From the NCBI GenBank assembly GCA_964035545.1, contig OZ037766.1:19022767-19086766 (forward strand): a DNA stretch of 64,000 nt, given 5' to 3'. Within the stretch, counting starts at the first letter, position 1. Each line of letters starts with the position of its first letter. The notes below the pieces were generated by a model that was not told the origin of the DNA, made no database searches, and worked only from the letters and a program-made list of their open reading frames with translations. Shown here piece by piece: positions 62,321-64,000 of this stretch. This stretch comes from Bugula neritina. Taxonomy: Eukaryota > Animalia > Bryozoa. The position numbers and the translations under genes are program-made.

Positions 62321-63960
62321 CTGAAGTACACTGTAAGAAACTGAAATACACTGCAACACATTGGTATATACTGCAACATACCCAAATATATGGTAATATA
62401 CTGAAATATACTGAAATACACTGTATCACATTGGAAAATACTGCAACATACTGACAGACACTACAACTCACTGACGTATCGTGTAATATACGGACATGTA
62501 CTGTAACATACTGAAACACACTGAAACATACTGAAACATACCGAAACATACTGAGACGTACTGAAATACACTGCAACATGCTGCAACATACTGAAGTACA
62601 GTGTAACATATTGAACTGCACTGCAACACATTGAAATATACCGCAACACACTGAAAAATACTGCAACACGTCCAAGTACATTGTAATATACGGACATGTA
62701 CTGTAACATACTGAAACATACTGAAACAAAATGAAATATACTGTTGCGCACTGAATAATACTGCAAAATGCCGAAATAAACTGTAACACAGTGAAGTATA
62801 CTGCAAATTTCTGAAATATACTGCAACATACTGAAATAGGCCTCAACATACTCAAATATACTGCAAGATACTGCAACATACGTAAAAACACTGTAACATA
62901 CTGAAATACACTGCAACATACTGCAACATACTGAAGTACACTGTAAAATAATGAAATACACTGCAACACATTGGAATATACTGCAACACACTGAAATGTA
63001 CTGCAACATACTGAAATATACTGCAACATACTGCAACATACTGAAAAACACTGTAACATACTGTAACATACTGAAATACACTGCAAAAAACTGCAACATA
63101 CTGAAGTACACTGTACATATTGAAAAACACTGCAACACAATGAAATATACCTCAACACACTGAAATATACTAAAACATGTTGAAATTTACTGCAACATAC
63201 TGCAACATACTGCATCATACTGAAATACACTGTAACAAACTGAAATACACTGCAACACATTGGAATATACTGCAACATTCCCTGATATCTTGTAATATAC
63301 TGAAATAAACTGCAACATACCGCAAAATACTAAAATACACTGTTACAAACTGAAATACACTGCAACACATTGGTATATACTGCAACATACCCAAATATAT
63401 GGTATTATACTGAAATATACTGAAATACACTGCAACATATTGAAAAAATACTGCAACATACTGAAAGACACTACAACTCACTGAAGTATAGTGTAATATA
63501 CGGAAATGTACTGTAACATACTGATACTTACTGTAACACACTGAATCATACTGCAACATACTGCAATACACTGTAACATACCGAAACAAACTGCAACATA
63601 CTGCAACATACTGAAATACACTGTAACATACTAAAACACACTGCAACATCCTGCAACATACTCCAACGTACTGAAATACACTGTGACATAATGAAATACA
63701 CTGAAAAATACTGCAACATACTGAAGTACACTGTAAAATGTTGAAATACACTGCAACACATTAAAATATACTGCAACACACTGAAGTATACTGCAACATA
63801 CTGTAATATACTGCAACATACTGCAACATACTGAAATACACTGTAACATACTGTAAGATACTGAAATACACTGCAACAAACTGCAACATACTGGAGTATA
63901 CTGTACATATTGGAAAACACTGCAACACACTGATATATACTGCAACACACTGAAATATAC
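61700..63960 (+). repeat. Third copy of the module series seen at ~8300-10590 and ~23800-26100
   Basis: ORF offsets of 53424 (8624/62048, 9037/62461), then 53364 (9587/62951, 10182/63546, 10397/63761) after a 60-bp deletion at ~62490. Confidence 0.85.
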
Positions 63961-64000
63961 TGCAACACTCCATGTACATCGTAATATACGCACATGTACT

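Larger units (their letters stand above)
1..64000 (+). repeat. 10-bp-monomer tandem satellite array, consensus ACTG(C/A/T)AA(C/T)A(T/C), ~6400 degenerate monomers, all head-to-tail; runs to both window edges
   Basis: The 10-bp period is visible in every line, since the 10-nt display blocks stay in register for kilobases (e.g. 14461-20130 blocks start with ctg-type trimers). No unique sequence or inverted block was seen. The + strand is A/C-rich and G-poor (about one G per monomer). Confidence 0.99.

Noticed and set aside
194-63995. Hundreds of minus-strand ORFs up to 812 aa, and a few short plus-strand ORFs, as protein-coding genes
   Set aside because: They overlap in all three frames, are translations of the 10-bp repeat, show no recognisable domain, and their ends shift with single substitutions between copies.
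1-64000. CRISPR array or cassette-type diversity system
   Set aside because: There are no unique spacers, since the sequence between landmark motifs is the same satellite. No cas, recombinase or reverse transcriptase gene and no leader sequence is present.
1-64000. Telomeric or interstitial telomeric repeat
   Set aside because: The monomer lacks G/C runs of the TTAGGG type. Variants are inherited in long duplicated blocks, unlike telomerase-templated uniform repeats.
1-64000. Transposon insertions, inversions, hairpins or RNA genes
   Set aside because: No reverse-orientation monomers, terminal repeats or non-satellite segments were seen. Only 4-6 bp palindromes (TGCA, GTAC, ACATGT, AGGCCT) occur.

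Overview
The whole 64 kb window is one uninterrupted, single-orientation tandem satellite array, most likely eukaryotic heterochromatin. It is built from a degenerate 10-bp monomer, consensus ACTG(C/A/T)AA(C/T)A(T/C). The commonest forms are ACTGCAACAT, ACTGAAATAT, ACTGAAATAC, ACTGTAACAT, ACTGCAACAC and ACTGAAACAT. I find no credible protein-coding gene, RNA gene, transposon or CRISPR array. The many minus-strand ORFs arise because the reverse-complement monomers contain no stop codon in any frame. The interesting content is structural, at several scales: (1) a loose 20-bp alternation of GAAAT-type and GCAAC/GTAAC-type monomers; (2) recurrent landmark motifs and a relic ~100-110 bp sub-repeat; (3) modules of several hundred bp that are reshuffled as a mosaic; (4) nested near-identical duplications with offsets of 619, 830, 1887/1897, 2209, 2618, 3088, 3456/3459, 3509, 5248, 7866 and ~15.4-15.5 kb, read from identical ORF translations and spot-checked in the sequence. 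For the nine offsets I checked (619 to 5248), the deviation from a multiple of 10 equals the net count of 9-bp and 11-bp monomers inside the unit, so those breakpoints are in register with the 10-bp phase. I cannot identify the organism, and I see no new gene-based system. Boundaries are approximate (about ±10-30 bp).
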